DNA from: an uncultured Ruminobacter sp. | GTDB taxonomy: Bacteria; Pseudomonadota; Gammaproteobacteria; Enterobacterales; Succinivibrionaceae | DNA length: 64,000 bases | Reading direction: 5' to 3' (one strand) | Assembly (NCBI RefSeq): GCF_902764345.1 | Contig: NZ_CACWVT010000005.1 | In this document: positions 9,923-20,433 of the stretch, in pieces | Numbering within the stretch: the first letter of the stretch is position 1 | How the letters are laid out: the number at the start of each line of letters is the position of its first letter | Translations under genes and position numbers: made by a program | The notes under the pieces: model-generated | Told to the model about the DNA's origin: nothing | The model's input: the letters and a program-made list of their open reading frames with translations, nothing else | The model's database searches: none

Positions 9923-11347
9923 ATGGCAGTAGCTGACGTATTAAATAAAATTAAAGAAGAAAACGTAAGATTTGTTGACTTACGTTTCACTGACACCAGA
10001 GGTAAAGAACAGCACATCTCTATTCCTGCCTCATGTATCGATGAAGACTTCTTTACTGACGGTAAAATGTTTGACGGTTCATCTATATGCGGTTGGAAGG
10101 GAATTAACGAATCAGACATGATTCTCATGCCTGATGCCGACACTGCATTAATTGATCCATTCTATGCCGATAAGACCATGTTTATCCGTTGTGATATTCT
10201 TGAACCTACCACAATGCAGGGCTATGACCGCGATCCAAGATCTATTGCTAAGAGAGCAGAAGATTACCTCAAGTCATCAGGTATTGCCGATTATGCCTTA
10301 TTCGGACCAGAACCAGAATTCTTTATTTTTGAAGATATCCGTTTCAAGACCGATATGAGCGGCTGTTTCGTTTCAATCGACGATCCAGAAGCAGCATGGA
10401 ACTCAGGTACTGAATACGATGGCGGTAACAAAGGTCATCGTCCTGCAGTAAAGGGCGGTTATTTCCCTGTTCCACCTGTTGATTCTTCTCAGGACATCAG
10501 ATCAGCAATGTGCCAGACTCTTGAAGAATTAGGCCTCAAGATAGAAGCACACCACCACGAAGTTGCTACCTGCGGTCAGAACGAAATAGCTACCGTATTC
10601 AATACCCTGACTAAGAAGGCTGATGAAGTATTAATTGAAAAGTATGTTGTATGGAACGTTGCCAATGAATTTGGTAAGACCGTAACCTTCATGCCAAAGC
10701 CTATCGCAGGTGATAACGGTTCAGGTATGCACGTTCACCAGTCACTCGGTAAGTACGATGAAAACGGCAAGATGGTTAACCTCTTCTCCGGTGATCTCTA
10801 TGGCGGTCTTTCTCAGATGGCTTTATGGTACATTGGCGGTATTAAGAAGCACGCAAAGGCTCTTAACGCATTTACCAATCCTTCAACCAACTCATACAAG
10901 AGACTTGTTCCTGGTTTCGAAGCTCCGGTAATGCTTGCATACTCAGCACGTAACCGTTCTGCCTCAATCCGTATTCCATGTGTATCAAGCCCTAAGGCAG
11001 TAAGAATCGAAGTTAGATTCCCAGACTGTACTGCAAATCCATACCTCGCTTTCGCAGCCATGTTAATGGCCGGTCTCGACGGTATCATCAATCACATTGA
11101 TCCGGGCGAAGCAATGGATAAGAACCTGTACGATCTTCCTCCAGAAGAAGAAGCAATGATTCCTCAGGTTTGCGGTTCTCTTGATGAAGCTCTTAAGAGT
11201 CTTGAACAGGATAGCGAGTTCTTAACCAAGGGTGGTGTATTCTCTGAAGAATTCATCAACGCATACATTGCTCTCTTAAAGGGTGACATTGATAAGCTTC
11301 ACAAGATTCCACATCCTGCTGAATTCGAACTTTACTACTCTCTCTAA
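9923..11347 (+). CDS. glnA: Glutamine synthetase type I
   Basis: [31 protein letters not shown]; an adenylylation-loop region (NLYDLPPEE) is present. The ORF-track start at 9908 is a TTG lying inside the GGAGGA ribosome-binding site, so the ATG at 9923 is preferred. Confidence 0.95.
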   Translation: MAVADVLNKIKEENVRFVDLRFTDTRGKEQHISIPASCIDEDFFTDGKMFDGSSICGWKGINESDMILMPDADTALIDPFYADKTMFIRCDILEPTTMQGYDRDPRSIAKRAEDYLKSSGIADYALFGPEPEFFIFEDIRFKTDMSGCFVSIDDPEAAWNSGTEYDGGNKGHRPAVKGGYFPVPPVDSSQDIRSAMCQTLEELGLKIEAHHHEVATCGQNEIATVFNTLTKKADEVLIEKYVVWNVANEFGKTVTFMPKPIAGDNGSGMHVHQSLGKYDENGKMVNLFSGDLYGGLSQMALWYIGGIKKHAKALNAFTNPSTNSYKRLVPGFEAPVMLAYSARNRSASIRIPCVSSPKAVRIEVRFPDCTANPYLAFAAMLMAGLDGIINHIDPGEAMDKNLYDLPPEEEAMIPQVCGSLDEALKSLEQDSEFLTKGGVFSEEFINAYIALLKGDIDKLHKIPHPAEFELYYSL

Positions 11348-11393
11348 AGTTAAGCGCCAATATATTTTTATGTAATATATTGATATACAGTAT

Positions 11394-11423
11394 AAAAAAA
11401 GAGCCTTATAGGCTCTTTTTTTT
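11394..11423 (+). terminator. Rho-independent terminator after glnA
   Basis: AAAAAAAGAGCC-TTATA-GGCTCTTTTTTTT. Confidence 0.8.
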
Positions 11424-11482
11424 GCATATTAATATGTGTCATGATAACTTGATAATGTGTTTCTCTTATTGAGGATGAAAAA

Positions 11483-12034
11483 ATGAGTATAGCTAGAATT
11501 CTTCTGATATCTTGTCTGAGTCTTGGCATCGTTTCCGCCGCACAGGCTGAAGATGTTTACAAATGGGTAGACAGCAATGGTGTGACCCACTATGGTGACG
11601 GCCCTCAGGCTGCCAAGCAGAACAACGCAACAATGATCAACGTGCAGACCCCTAAAATGGGTAACGTTCCCGTAAGTACATCTTCCTCTTACACTCCACC
11701 TAGACCAAACGTACGAACCGGTTTTGGTCTTCAGAACATAAATTACAGTATTTCAATTGCTTCACCTGCAGACGGTGAGGAAATAAGAGCCAATAACGGC
11801 ACCATAATCGTATCAGCCAATATCTCCCCTAAGCCACAGGGTAATTACGCAGTACGGGTATTTGTGGATAACTCCCTCTTTGCCTCCTCAACAAATACGC
11901 AGCGTGTGGAAGTTGAAGGCGTGCCTCGCGGAGAACACACCATTATGGTGAAGCTTCAGACTCAAGATGGCAAAATTATTGCATCAGAACCGATCAAAGT
12001 TACAGTATTACGTGTGGCTGTTGGAAGAAAGTAA
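11483..12034 (+). CDS. DUF4124 domain-containing secreted protein
   Basis: A signal peptide (MSIARILLISCLSLGIVSAAQA) is followed by the VYKWVDSNGVTHYGD motif typical of DUF4124. As I recall, the glnA-DUF4124-glnL arrangement occurs in other gammaproteobacteria. Confidence 0.7.
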   Translation: MSIARILLISCLSLGIVSAAQAEDVYKWVDSNGVTHYGDGPQAAKQNNATMINVQTPKMGNVPVSTSSSYTPPRPNVRTGFGLQNINYSISIASPADGEEIRANNGTIIVSANISPKPQGNYAVRVFVDNSLFASSTNTQRVEVEGVPRGEHTIMVKLQTQDGKIIASEPIKVTVLRVAVGRK

Positions 12035-12052
12035 CTAACAGTTTACTCAATG

Positions 12053-12099
12053 GGCACCATAATAAGGCAACTTAGTTTTATTATGGTGCCTTTTATTTT
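12053..12099 (+). terminator. Strong hairpin terminator between the DUF4124 gene and glnL
   Basis: A 13-bp stem, GGCACCATAATAA (12053..12065) with TTATTATGGTGCC (12078..12090), followed by TTTTATTTT. Confidence 0.7.
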
Positions 12100-12127
12100 G
12101 TGAAAAGAAGTTTGACAGGAATGGAAT

Positions 12128-13195
12128 ATGACGTACAGTAACATTGCAGTTTGCGCCCTTGATAATATGTATACGGCAGTAATCATGCTTGATCGTCATC
12201 TTCAGGTCAAATATGCAAATAATGCCACCGAACAAATTTTCAGAATGAGCCCTAAAAAATTTCTAGGTCGCAAATTAGATGAAATTTTTGACTATACAAA
12301 CTTCGATTTTGCCAGACTTCTCTCCTGTCACTCAAAAGACATGGGATACACCGATTATGAAGTAACCTTTGTAATAGAAGCATCTCCCGTTATCGTGGAA
12401 GTAACTGTCACTCCCATAAACGACGTATGTCCTGAATGTGATATTCTGCTGGAATTCAGAAAAGTTGAACTGCAACGACGCATGGATAAGGATATGGAAC
12501 AGTATTCACAGCAGGAAGCAGCGAGAGAACTTGTAAGAGACCTGGCTCATGAGATCAAAAACCCTCTTGGAGGCTTAAGGGGAGCAGCACAGTTACTTGA
12601 GAGACAGTTCAAAGGCGATAATGATGTGAAAGAATACACGTCCATTATTATAGAGCAGGCTGACAGACTGAAAAATCTTGTCAACCGTCTGTTGGGCCCG
12701 CAGAAAGCATCTCCACACGTGATGACCAATATCCATGTAATTTTGGAAAAAGTGCGCAAACTGGTCCAGGTGAATCTGCCTGCTAATATAAAAATCGTAC
12801 GTGACTATGATCCATCCATCCCTGAACTGTCTGTCGATCCAGAACAGATTGAACAGACACTTATTAACATTGTGTGCAATTCCATACAGGCACTTCAGGA
12901 AAGTAACACTCCCGACGGAGTAATTACCTTAAAAACCCGTACCGCCTACAGAATAAGCATTTATGAAAGCATTGTGAAATTGGCACTGGTAATTACAATT
13001 TCCGATAATGGTCCAGGCATTCCTCAGGACATAAAAGACAAGATTTTTTACCCTCTCGTCACCAGACGTAAGGGCGGGACAGGTTTGGGCCTGGCCATCG
13101 CACAGAACATAATTAATCAGCATAATGGTAAAATCGAATGTAATAGCTGGAAAGGTTACACTGAATTCACAATTTACATTCCAATCAAGGAGTAA
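12128..13195 (+). CDS. glnL: Nitrogen regulation sensor histidine kinase NtrB
   Basis: H-box LAHEIKNPLGG, N/G boxes (NGPGIP, GGTGLGLA), a PAS-like N-terminus, 355 aa. Confidence 0.9.
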   Translation: MTYSNIAVCALDNMYTAVIMLDRHLQVKYANNATEQIFRMSPKKFLGRKLDEIFDYTNFDFARLLSCHSKDMGYTDYEVTFVIEASPVIVEVTVTPINDVCPECDILLEFRKVELQRRMDKDMEQYSQQEAARELVRDLAHEIKNPLGGLRGAAQLLERQFKGDNDVKEYTSIIIEQADRLKNLVNRLLGPQKASPHVMTNIHVILEKVRKLVQVNLPANIKIVRDYDPSIPELSVDPEQIEQTLINIVCNSIQALQESNTPDGVITLKTRTAYRISIYESIVKLALVITISDNGPGIPQDIKDKIFYPLVTRRKGGTGLGLAIAQNIINQHNGKIECNSWKGYTEFTIYIPIKE

Positions 13196-13197
13196 GT

Positions 13198-14640
13198 ATG
13201 AATAAAGAAGTTTGGATTGTTGATGATGACAGCTCCATCCGATTTGTTTTGGAACGTGCATTAACGCAGGATGGTTATACATGCCGCTGTTTTGAAAATG
13301 GTGAAAATCTGCTGCTGGCATTAAAGGAATCTTCTCCTAAAGTCATCATCTCAGACATACGTATGCCCGGTATTGATGGTCTGGATTTGCTTAAAAAAGT
13401 ACATGAGCACAATCCAAATATACCTGTTATCATTACTACTGCCCACAGCGATCTGACCAGTGCCGTTAATTCCTACCAGAGTGGCTCTTTCGAATATCTT
13501 CCTAAACCTTTTGATATTGACGAAGTCATCGATATCGTAAAGAAGGCTGAAGCAAGTTACAAAGAAAAGATGACTCTGGAAACCGAAAGCGAATTCCATG
13601 ATAATCTGGAAACAGATATCATTGGAGAATCTCCTGCCATGCAGGAAGTATTCAGAGCCATAGGCAGACTTTCAAAGTCATCAATAAGTGTTCTGATAAA
13701 CGGACAGTCCGGTACCGGTAAGGAACTTGTTGCCCATGCACTGCATAAACACAGTGTTCGTGCAAACAAACCATTTATCGCCTTAAATATGGCCGCCATC
13801 CCTAAGGAACTTATAGAATCAGAGCTGTTCGGTCATGAAAAAGGCGCATTCACCGGAGCCAACGTTGCAAATCAGGGGAGATTTGAACAGGCTGACGGAG
13901 GCACTCTGTTCCTTGATGAAATCGGAGACATGCCGATAGATGCCCAGACAAGACTTTTGAGAGTACTGGCAAACGGAGAATTCTACCGTATCGGTGGCCA
14001 TCGTTCCATTTCTGTTGACGTCCGCATCATAGCTGCCACCAACCAAAATCTTGAAAAGCTGGTAGCAGAAGGAAAATTCAGAGAAGATCTGTTCTACAGA
14101 CTGAATGTAATACGTATTCATATTCCTCCTCTCAAGGAACGCCAGTCTGACATTCCCCGTCTGGCTCGACGTTTTCTCAGCGTATCGGCAAAGGAACTGA
14201 ATGTGGAAACCAAAGTTCTCACTCCGGAAACAGAAGAATATTTATGCCATCTTCCATGGCCAGGTAATGTCAGACAACTGGAAAACGTTTGCCGCTGGCT
14301 TACCGTAATGGCTTCAGGAAAAGAAATTGCCGTCAATGATCTGCCGGCAGAACTTCTTGAAAAAGAGAATAGTAATACCGACATTACCCCATGTCAGAAC
14401 GGAGCGTCATCAAAACTTCCAATTGATCTGTGCTGGCAGAATCTCCTTAAGGACTGGGTTAGTCAAAGACTTCATGAGGGCTGCACAGATGTCCTGGGTG
14501 AAGCACTTCCTGAATTTGAAAGGGCTTTGATTACAACTGCATTAAGATATACCCATGACCATAAACAGGAGGCTGCAAGACTTTTGGGATGGGGAAGAAA
14601 TACCCTTACAAGAAAACTAAAGGATCTTAATCTCGAATAG
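13198..14640 (+). CDS. glnG: Nitrogen regulation response regulator NtrC (sigma-54 enhancer-binding protein)
   Basis: A receiver domain ([15 protein letters not shown]...DIRMPGIDG), an AAA+ domain with GESGTGKE-like GQSGTGKE and GAFTGA, and a C-terminal HTH. Confidence 0.95.
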   Translation: MNKEVWIVDDDSSIRFVLERALTQDGYTCRCFENGENLLLALKESSPKVIISDIRMPGIDGLDLLKKVHEHNPNIPVIITTAHSDLTSAVNSYQSGSFEYLPKPFDIDEVIDIVKKAEASYKEKMTLETESEFHDNLETDIIGESPAMQEVFRAIGRLSKSSISVLINGQSGTGKELVAHALHKHSVRANKPFIALNMAAIPKELIESELFGHEKGAFTGANVANQGRFEQADGGTLFLDEIGDMPIDAQTRLLRVLANGEFYRIGGHRSISVDVRIIAATNQNLEKLVAEGKFREDLFYRLNVIRIHIPPLKERQSDIPRLARRFLSVSAKELNVETKVLTPETEEYLCHLPWPGNVRQLENVCRWLTVMASGKEIAVNDLPAELLEKENSNTDITPCQNGASSKLPIDLCWQNLLKDWVSQRLHEGCTDVLGEALPEFERALITTALRYTHDHKQEAARLLGWGRNTLTRKLKDLNLE

Positions 14641-14710
14641 CATTATCTAAACCATGCAGATGAATCCAGAAAACTTTCGCATGTAAAAAACTTCTCTATA
14701 ATAATCACAC

Positions 14711-14736
14711 AAAAACCGCCTTACGGCGGTTTTTGC
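14711..14736 (+). terminator. Rho-independent terminator after glnG
   Basis: AAAAACCGCC-TTAC-GGCGGTTTTTGC. Confidence 0.85.
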
Positions 14737-14851
14737 AACTTTTTACAAATATCCTAAAAATAGAGTAAAATTAGATAAATTTTTTTGAATTTCTTCTTTA
14801 AATATGACGTCTGCTGTCATAAATGTAACTTAAATCAACGGACAGAAAGCT

Positions 14852-15064
14852 TTGAAATTAGTAGTACACGCCCCATTTTGGACAAAAATACTTTATGCTG
14901 CCGGTATTATTTTGCTATTCGTTGGCATATCATGTCATTTCTTCGGTTTTCCGGAAATACCACCGATATACATGCCTTTTTTCCTGATTGGCGGGGTAAG
15001 CCTGATTATTCCTTATCAGGCCTATTTCATATATGAAGTATTAAAGTACAGACCAAAGACTTAA
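14852..15064 (+). CDS. Hypothetical small membrane protein (two predicted hydrophobic helices)
   Basis: A 70-aa ORF with a TTG start and two hydrophobic stretches (ILYAAGIILLFVGISCHFF; FFLIGGVSLIIPYQAYFIY). I see no convincing RBS and recognise no homology. Confidence 0.3.
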   Translation: MKLVVHAPFWTKILYAAGIILLFVGISCHFFGFPEIPPIYMPFFLIGGVSLIIPYQAYFIYEVLKYRPKT

Positions 15065-15096
15065 TCATCCCGGATCAAATTAAGAAATAGATCAGC

Positions 15097-15813
15097 ATGG
15101 AACGAACAATGATAAACTTTCAGAAAACACACTTTATCACAAGTGCTCCTGACATCAGCAAGCTTCCGGAAGATACCGGTATTGAAATAGCATTTGTGGG
15201 CAGATCAAATGCCGGTAAATCAACGGCTTTAAACTGCCTAACCGGACAAAAGAACCTTGCAAAAACCAGTAAGACCCCGGGAAGAACACAGCTCATTAAT
15301 CTTTTCGAAATTGAAGAAAACAAAAGAATAGTTGACCTCCCAGGATATGGCTATGCCGAAGTACCGTTAACCGTGAAAAAAAAGTGGCAACGCTCTCTTA
15401 CCGAGTATCTGCAAAAACGAAAGTCACTGAAGGCTGTTGTCGTTCTAATGGATATCCGACATCCGCTCAAAGACCTGGACAGGCAGATTATCACCTGGGC
15501 GGCCATGGCTAACATTGAAGTTCTTATAATACTGACCAAAAGTGACAAACTTGCAAACAATGCAAGAAAAAATGCAATTAACGATGTTAAGAGACAACTG
15601 ATCGAGTTCGGTTGTTCATACAACCTGGTTGCCTTTTCAGCGCTAAACAGACAGGGACTGTCCGAAATTAAGGAAATCCTCAATCGATTCTATACACAGT
15701 TCCAAGACACATCATCTCTGACTGATTTTCCTGAATTTACGGATGATGAGTCAGACGATGAACTCGATATTGATGAACAGGCATGGACCAAAGGTTATAA
15801 GGAAGATCTATGA
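15097..15813 (+). CDS. engB: Ribosome biogenesis GTP-binding protein YihA/EngB with acidic C-terminal tail
   Basis: [34 protein letters not shown]...[13 protein letters not shown] is very close to E. coli YihA. An alternative start exists at 15109. The stop overlaps the gmk start (ATGA). Confidence 0.9.
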   Translation: MERTMINFQKTHFITSAPDISKLPEDTGIEIAFVGRSNAGKSTALNCLTGQKNLAKTSKTPGRTQLINLFEIEENKRIVDLPGYGYAEVPLTVKKKWQRSLTEYLQKRKSLKAVVVLMDIRHPLKDLDRQIITWAAMANIEVLIILTKSDKLANNARKNAINDVKRQLIEFGCSYNLVAFSALNRQGLSEIKEILNRFYTQFQDTSSLTDFPEFTDDESDDELDIDEQAWTKGYKEDL

Positions 15814-16457
15814 AAGGTACCCTCTATATAATATCCTCTCCAAGCGGAGCCGGTAAATCAAGTCTTTTAAAGGCTTTATTTGAACAGCATAATAATGATA
15901 ATTCCATGTATCTTTCAGTATCACATACCACCAGACCTCCAAGACCTGGTGAAGTTGATCATGTTCATTATCATTTTGTTACTGTCGATGAATTCAAAAA
16001 CCTTATTGAAAGACAGGCATTTTACGAATGGGCTCAGGTTTTCGATAAATATTACGGAACCTCACGAGAACTGGTACAACAGGCTCTGCAGAACGGCCAG
16101 GACGTATTCCTTGACATAGACTGGCAGGGAGCCCGCCAGATGAGAAAAATGGAGCCTGAAGCCAAAAGCATATTTATACTGCCGCCAAGTCTTGAAGAGC
16201 TCCGCCAGCGTCTTGTTAAAAGAGCACAGGATTCAGAAGAAGTCATTGCAAACAGAATGAACAAGGCCCAAAGGGAAATTTCTCACTACAATGAGTATGA
16301 TTACTGCCTTATTAACGATGACTTTGACCAAACATTAAATGACCTGTGGTCAATTATTAATGCTAATCGTCATACCCGTGTAATCATAGAAAATAATGAA
16401 GGGGAAACTCTGGAAAACCTTCTGGCCGGTTATGACGGACAAGATGACCAGTCATAA
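15810..16457 (+). CDS. gmk: Guanylate kinase
   Basis: P-loop [11 protein letters not shown] and the [17 protein letters not shown] motif; upstream of rpoZ-spoT as in E. coli. Confidence 0.95.
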   Translation: MKGTLYIISSPSGAGKSSLLKALFEQHNNDNSMYLSVSHTTRPPRPGEVDHVHYHFVTVDEFKNLIERQAFYEWAQVFDKYYGTSRELVQQALQNGQDVFLDIDWQGARQMRKMEPEAKSIFILPPSLEELRQRLVKRAQDSEEVIANRMNKAQREISHYNEYDYCLINDDFDQTLNDLWSIINANRHTRVIIENNEGETLENLLAGYDGQDDQS

Positions 16458-16604
16458 CTTAAGGCAATTACAGTTTTTAAATCATACCGGTATGTAATTA
16501 CACTCAACTGACGCTCCCTTTCGTTCGTCACCAAAGTGTATTGTGTTGTCATATTCTGTCGTGCGTGATAGAATATGCAGACAAAGTTATTTTAGGAGAT
16601 TTTT

Positions 16605-16892
16605 ATGGCTCGTGTTACTGTTGAAGATGCCGTTGAACAGGTCGGCAATCGTTTTGACCTTGTTTTAACCGCCGCACGTCGTGCTCGTCAAATTTCAGTA
16701 AATGGTTGCGATCCTTTAGTTGAGATCGAAAATGACAAACCTACAGTAATCGCTCTTCGTGAAATCGAAGAAGGTTTAATTTCTGAAGAATTCATGGATA
16801 AGCAGGATCAGAAGGGTCGTCTCAAGAATTCTGAGGAGTTTGCCGAAATGGTTGACGTTCCTCCTTTAGAAAACACCAGTCTTTTCGACTAA
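16605..16892 (+). CDS. rpoZ: DNA-directed RNA polymerase subunit omega
   Basis: [29 protein letters not shown] is the canonical RpoZ N-terminus. Confidence 0.95.
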   Translation: MARVTVEDAVEQVGNRFDLVLTAARRARQISVNGCDPLVEIENDKPTVIALREIEEGLISEEFMDKQDQKGRLKNSEEFAEMVDVPPLENTSLFD

Positions 16893-16943
16893 TTCAATAA
16901 TCAAACAATCCATTTCTGGATTCGCTTTTCAAATTAGAAACAT

Positions 16944-16982
16944 AAGGAAGATTACTCACGTACTCTTCCTTGTTTCGTTTTT
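16944..16982 (+). terminator. Hairpin plus T-rich tail after rpoZ
   Basis: AAGGAAGA (16944..16951) pairs with TCTTCCTT (16964..16971), followed by GTTTCGTTTTT. Confidence 0.55.
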
Positions 16983-17035
16983 ACGCAGTAATGGAGAACA
17001 TTCATCATATTTAACTCACTCAGAGCCCTAATCCG

Positions 17036-17056
17036 TGGCACATTTAATGCTATAAT
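17036..17056 (+). promoter_or_regulatory. Overlapping sigma-54-like (-24/-12) element and extended -10 sigma-70 promoter upstream of spoT
   Basis: TGGCAC-ATTTA-ATGCT (17036..17051) matches TGGCAC-N5-TTGCW at all positions but one. TGCTATAAT (17048..17056) is a textbook extended -10. Confidence 0.45.
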
Positions 17057-17084
17057 ATAGCCATATATTAAAGGAATATCTGCA

Positions 17085-19223
17085 ATGAGTACGGTTCTCT
17101 ATTTATTTGATAATCTGAAAAAAACTCTCGAAACATATCTGCCTCCTGAACAGATAGCAAGAATCGAACAGGCATACACAACTGCGAAAAATGCCCACGA
17201 AGGTCAGGTTCGTTCTAGCGGAGAGCCTTATATCACCCATCCGGTTGCCGTTGCCCAGATTCTTGCTGAAATGAAACTGGATCATGAGACAATCATGGCT
17301 GCACTGCTCCATGACGTTGTTGAGGACACCCCCATCAATGCCGAACAGCTGAACTCAATTTTCGGAGAAACAATAACTCATCTCGTTCTTGGTGTCACCA
17401 AGCTCGATAAACTCCAGTTTCACGACCATAAAGAAGCGCAGGCCGCAAATTTCAGAAAAATGATCATGGCTATGACCAGTGACATCCGTGTAATTCTGAT
17501 TAAACTTGCAGACCGAACACATAATATGAGAACCATCGGTGCCCTTAGACCTGATAAACGAAGAAGAATAGCCAAGGAAACCCTGGAAATTTTTGCGCCT
17601 ATCGCAAACCGACTCGGTATAAGCAGCATTAAAAATGAACTTGAGGAACTTGGTTTCGAAGCCATGTATCCCATGCGCTACCGCATCCTGAAAGATGCCA
17701 TGAAGCATGCCCGCAACAACAGAAAGGAAATAATCAAATCAATCCTTGCCGACATAAACGGCCGCCTTGAGGAAACCAATATCAAATACCGTATTCAGGG
17801 CAGGGAAAAGCATCTCTATTCCATTTATATGAAAATGGTAAAAAAAGAGATACAGTTTCATGAAATCATGGATGTATACGGCTTCAGAATCATCGTAGAC
17901 AATGTGGACACCTGCTACCGTGTTCTCGGACAAATGCATAACCTGTTCAAGCCGCGTCCAGGCGGATTCAAAGATTACATAGCCATTCCAAAAATTAACG
18001 GCTATCAGTCTCTCCACACCTCTCTTGTCGGACCACACGGTATTCCGATAGAAATCCAGATCCGTACCGATTTTATGGATCAGATGGCAAATCAGGGTGT
18101 GGCCGCACACTGGTTCTACAAGATTAATGGCTCCGAAATGGTTGACTCATCAGCGCAAATTCACGCTCAAAGGTGGATCAAAAGTCTGCTCGAACTACAG
18201 CAGAGTGCAAGCAACTCCTTTGAATTTATCGAAAGCGTTAAAACAGACTTCTTTCCGGAAGAAATTTATGTGTTTACTCCTGAAGGTAAAATCTATGAAT
18301 TACCGAATGGTGCAACTCCTGTGGACTTTGCATATGCCGTACACAGTGACATCGGACAGCACTGTATAGGTGCTCGTGTGGATCATCACCCATTTCCTCT
18401 AAACCGACCTTTATCATCCGGACAGAGTGTTGAAATACTTACTTCTCCAGTTTCTCAGCCAAACGCAATCTGGCTGGACAGCGTGGTCACCTCCAGAGCA
18501 AGAAGCAAAATCAGACAGTATCTTAAAGGTCTTAAACTTGAGGAATGTCAGTTACTCGGTAAAAGACTTTTGCGTAATGCCATGGGTGCAACCAGAATCG
18601 AGAATATTCCTTCCGATACCATTGACAGGGTTCTTAAAGAATTTGGAAAAGCCAACCTTAATGAGCTGTATGTGGATATAGCTCTTGGTAATTTATTCAC
18701 AGTTATCGTTGCGAACAAACTCCTTAACAATGAAGCCATGAATTCCCCTACCGGAAAGAATCCGCATGCAACCCTACCGCCTTCATCAATCAATGGCACA
18801 GGTGGTCTTAACTACGTATTTGCGAACTGTTGTCATCCAATTCCCGGTGACTCAATTGTCGCCCATGTTAATCCAGGAAAGGGTTTGGTGATTCATACCA
18901 GCAACTGTGCAAATCTCAAAACATCAAATCCGAATGAGCAATTCCTTCCTGTAAGCTGGGACATGAATAACGCATGTAATGAAGTGTTTGAAGCGGGATT
19001 ACGTATAGAAATGGTTAATATACAGGGCATGATTGGCGAAATCAGTAATGCTGTTTCAGTATGCGGAGCAAACATTTCACAAATAAGCTCTGAGACCAAG
19101 GAAGGAAAAGTATATATTCTCAACCTTGTTGTAACTGTTAGAGACAGACTGCATCTTGCCAACATAATCAGAAAAATCAAGGCGCTTAATAACATTAACC
19201 GCGTAGTTAGACGTAAAGGCTGA
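17085..19223 (+). CDS. spoT: Bifunctional (p)ppGpp synthetase/hydrolase
   Basis: 712 aa, with an intact HD hydrolase motif (HPVAVA...LLHDVVEDT), a synthetase domain, and TGS and ACT-like C-terminal domains. It follows rpoZ. Confidence 0.9.
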   Translation: MSTVLYLFDNLKKTLETYLPPEQIARIEQAYTTAKNAHEGQVRSSGEPYITHPVAVAQILAEMKLDHETIMAALLHDVVEDTPINAEQLNSIFGETITHLVLGVTKLDKLQFHDHKEAQAANFRKMIMAMTSDIRVILIKLADRTHNMRTIGALRPDKRRRIAKETLEIFAPIANRLGISSIKNELEELGFEAMYPMRYRILKDAMKHARNNRKEIIKSILADINGRLEETNIKYRIQGREKHLYSIYMKMVKKEIQFHEIMDVYGFRIIVDNVDTCYRVLGQMHNLFKPRPGGFKDYIAIPKINGYQSLHTSLVGPHGIPIEIQIRTDFMDQMANQGVAAHWFYKINGSEMVDSSAQIHAQRWIKSLLELQQSASNSFEFIESVKTDFFPEEIYVFTPEGKIYELPNGATPVDFAYAVHSDIGQHCIGARVDHHPFPLNRPLSSGQSVEILTSPVSQPNAIWLDSVVTSRARSKIRQYLKGLKLEECQLLGKRLLRNAMGATRIENIPSDTIDRVLKEFGKANLNELYVDIALGNLFTVIVANKLLNNEAMNSPTGKNPHATLPPSSINGTGGLNYVFANCCHPIPGDSIVAHVNPGKGLVIHTSNCANLKTSNPNEQFLPVSWDMNNACNEVFEAGLRIEMVNIQGMIGEISNAVSVCGANISQISSETKEGKVYILNLVVTVRDRLHLANIIRKIKALNNINRVVRRKG

Positions 19224-19231
19224 CGTCACAT

Positions 19232-20158
19232 ATGACAGCAGAAATTATTCCTGAACGTATTCAGATAGAATCATCCGGACGCAAGCTTGAAGGGTTGGTC
19301 TACACGCCCTTACGTCCTTTGGGGAAACAGGTTCTTATTGTTCAGGGAAGAAATGAAATGCTCTATAAGTATCAGGATTTCTGCAGACAGCTCTGTGACA
19401 ATGGAATTAAAGTTACCGTTTACGACCATATAGGTCAGGGATTCAGTCCCCGGATTACTTCCGACCATGAAATGTGCCACATAGATTCATTTGACACCTA
19501 CGTTAATGACCTTGGGAATGTAATCAAATCGCTAACCGACGCCATGCCACTGACGGTTATTGCCATCTCAATGGGAGGTCTGATAACCCTTAAGGCTATT
19601 CAGAGAACGGAAATACTTAAAAGCATCAGCAGACTTATATTCATTTCCCCGTTTCTTGGAATTAGGCAGCCGGTTCCCACATTCATGATAAAGGCACTAT
19701 CACATCTGAGAGATTTACTGTCCAAACCTTTTTCCTGCAATGGTCCAGTTTTCTTTTACTTTAACGATCGTTTCAGAAAAAAAACTATAGGACTTGATGC
19801 CAACACTCATGATAGCCAGAGAAACGACAACTACTACAACCTGTATTCACGATATCCGGAAGCAAAACTCGGAGGCATGACCACCTCTTGGCTGAGAGCG
19901 GCTGTTTCATGTCTTGAGAGCGTCTGGTCTGCTAAGTATGATATGGATATTCCCAGTCTTTTCCTAGTAGCTGAAAACGACAATATGGTCTCCTCAGCAG
20001 ACATTTTGCGTTTTACTGAAAAACTGGCATTATACAGCCGGGTTAAGCCGAATATTATCAGGATAAAAAACAGTCTTCATGATATCCTTATAGAAGAAGA
20101 TCAGTACAGAACACCGGCTGTTGCGGCAATACTGAATTTTATAAAATTATCTGACTAA
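19232..20158 (+). CDS. Alpha/beta hydrolase (lysophospholipase / Hydrolase_4-like)
   Basis: Pattern VLIVQGRNEMLYKYQDF...VYDHIGQGFS. The nucleophile elbow is AISMGG (Ala replaces the first Gly of GxSxG). A late Asp (ENDNMV) and His (SLHDIL) are present. Confidence 0.7.
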   Translation: MTAEIIPERIQIESSGRKLEGLVYTPLRPLGKQVLIVQGRNEMLYKYQDFCRQLCDNGIKVTVYDHIGQGFSPRITSDHEMCHIDSFDTYVNDLGNVIKSLTDAMPLTVIAISMGGLITLKAIQRTEILKSISRLIFISPFLGIRQPVPTFMIKALSHLRDLLSKPFSCNGPVFFYFNDRFRKKTIGLDANTHDSQRNDNYYNLYSRYPEAKLGGMTTSWLRAAVSCLESVWSAKYDMDIPSLFLVAENDNMVSSADILRFTEKLALYSRVKPNIIRIKNSLHDILIEEDQYRTPAVAAILNFIKLSD

Positions 20159-20182
20159 ACGTAAATTACAGGGAGTTTTATT

Positions 20183-20431
20183 ATGACGCCAAGTGATTTT
20201 GATGATGATTATTTTCAGGAAGAAGATGACGGTAATTACACCAATGAGGGTAATTTCAACGATGATGACTTTGCTGTCTGGGATCGCAACGTAATCTTTA
20301 ACGAAGATGGCATTGCAGTCGATGCAGATGGAAATCCCATTGACGACGAGGATTCATACAGATACAAAGATGATGACTTTGGCGACACAGACGATTCAGA
20401 CGAGTTCTTGGACGACGATCCAGAGGACTGA
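20183..20431 (+). CDS. Hypothetical highly acidic small protein (Asp/Glu-rich, 82 aa)
   Basis: A good RBS (AGGGAG) lies 8 nt upstream. The sequence is dominated by D/E with repeated DDDF/DDDY-like units. Its stop is 2 nt before the next gene's ATG. Confidence 0.6.
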   Translation: MTPSDFDDDYFQEEDDGNYTNEGNFNDDDFAVWDRNVIFNEDGIAVDADGNPIDDEDSYRYKDDDFGDTDDSDEFLDDDPED

Positions 20432-20433
20432 GC

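Noticed and set aside
14785-15036. 83-aa ORF overlapping the small membrane-protein ORF upstream of engB
   Set aside because: It has a non-ATG start, Cys/His-rich unstructured composition, and overlaps a slightly more plausible frame. Neither is strongly supported.
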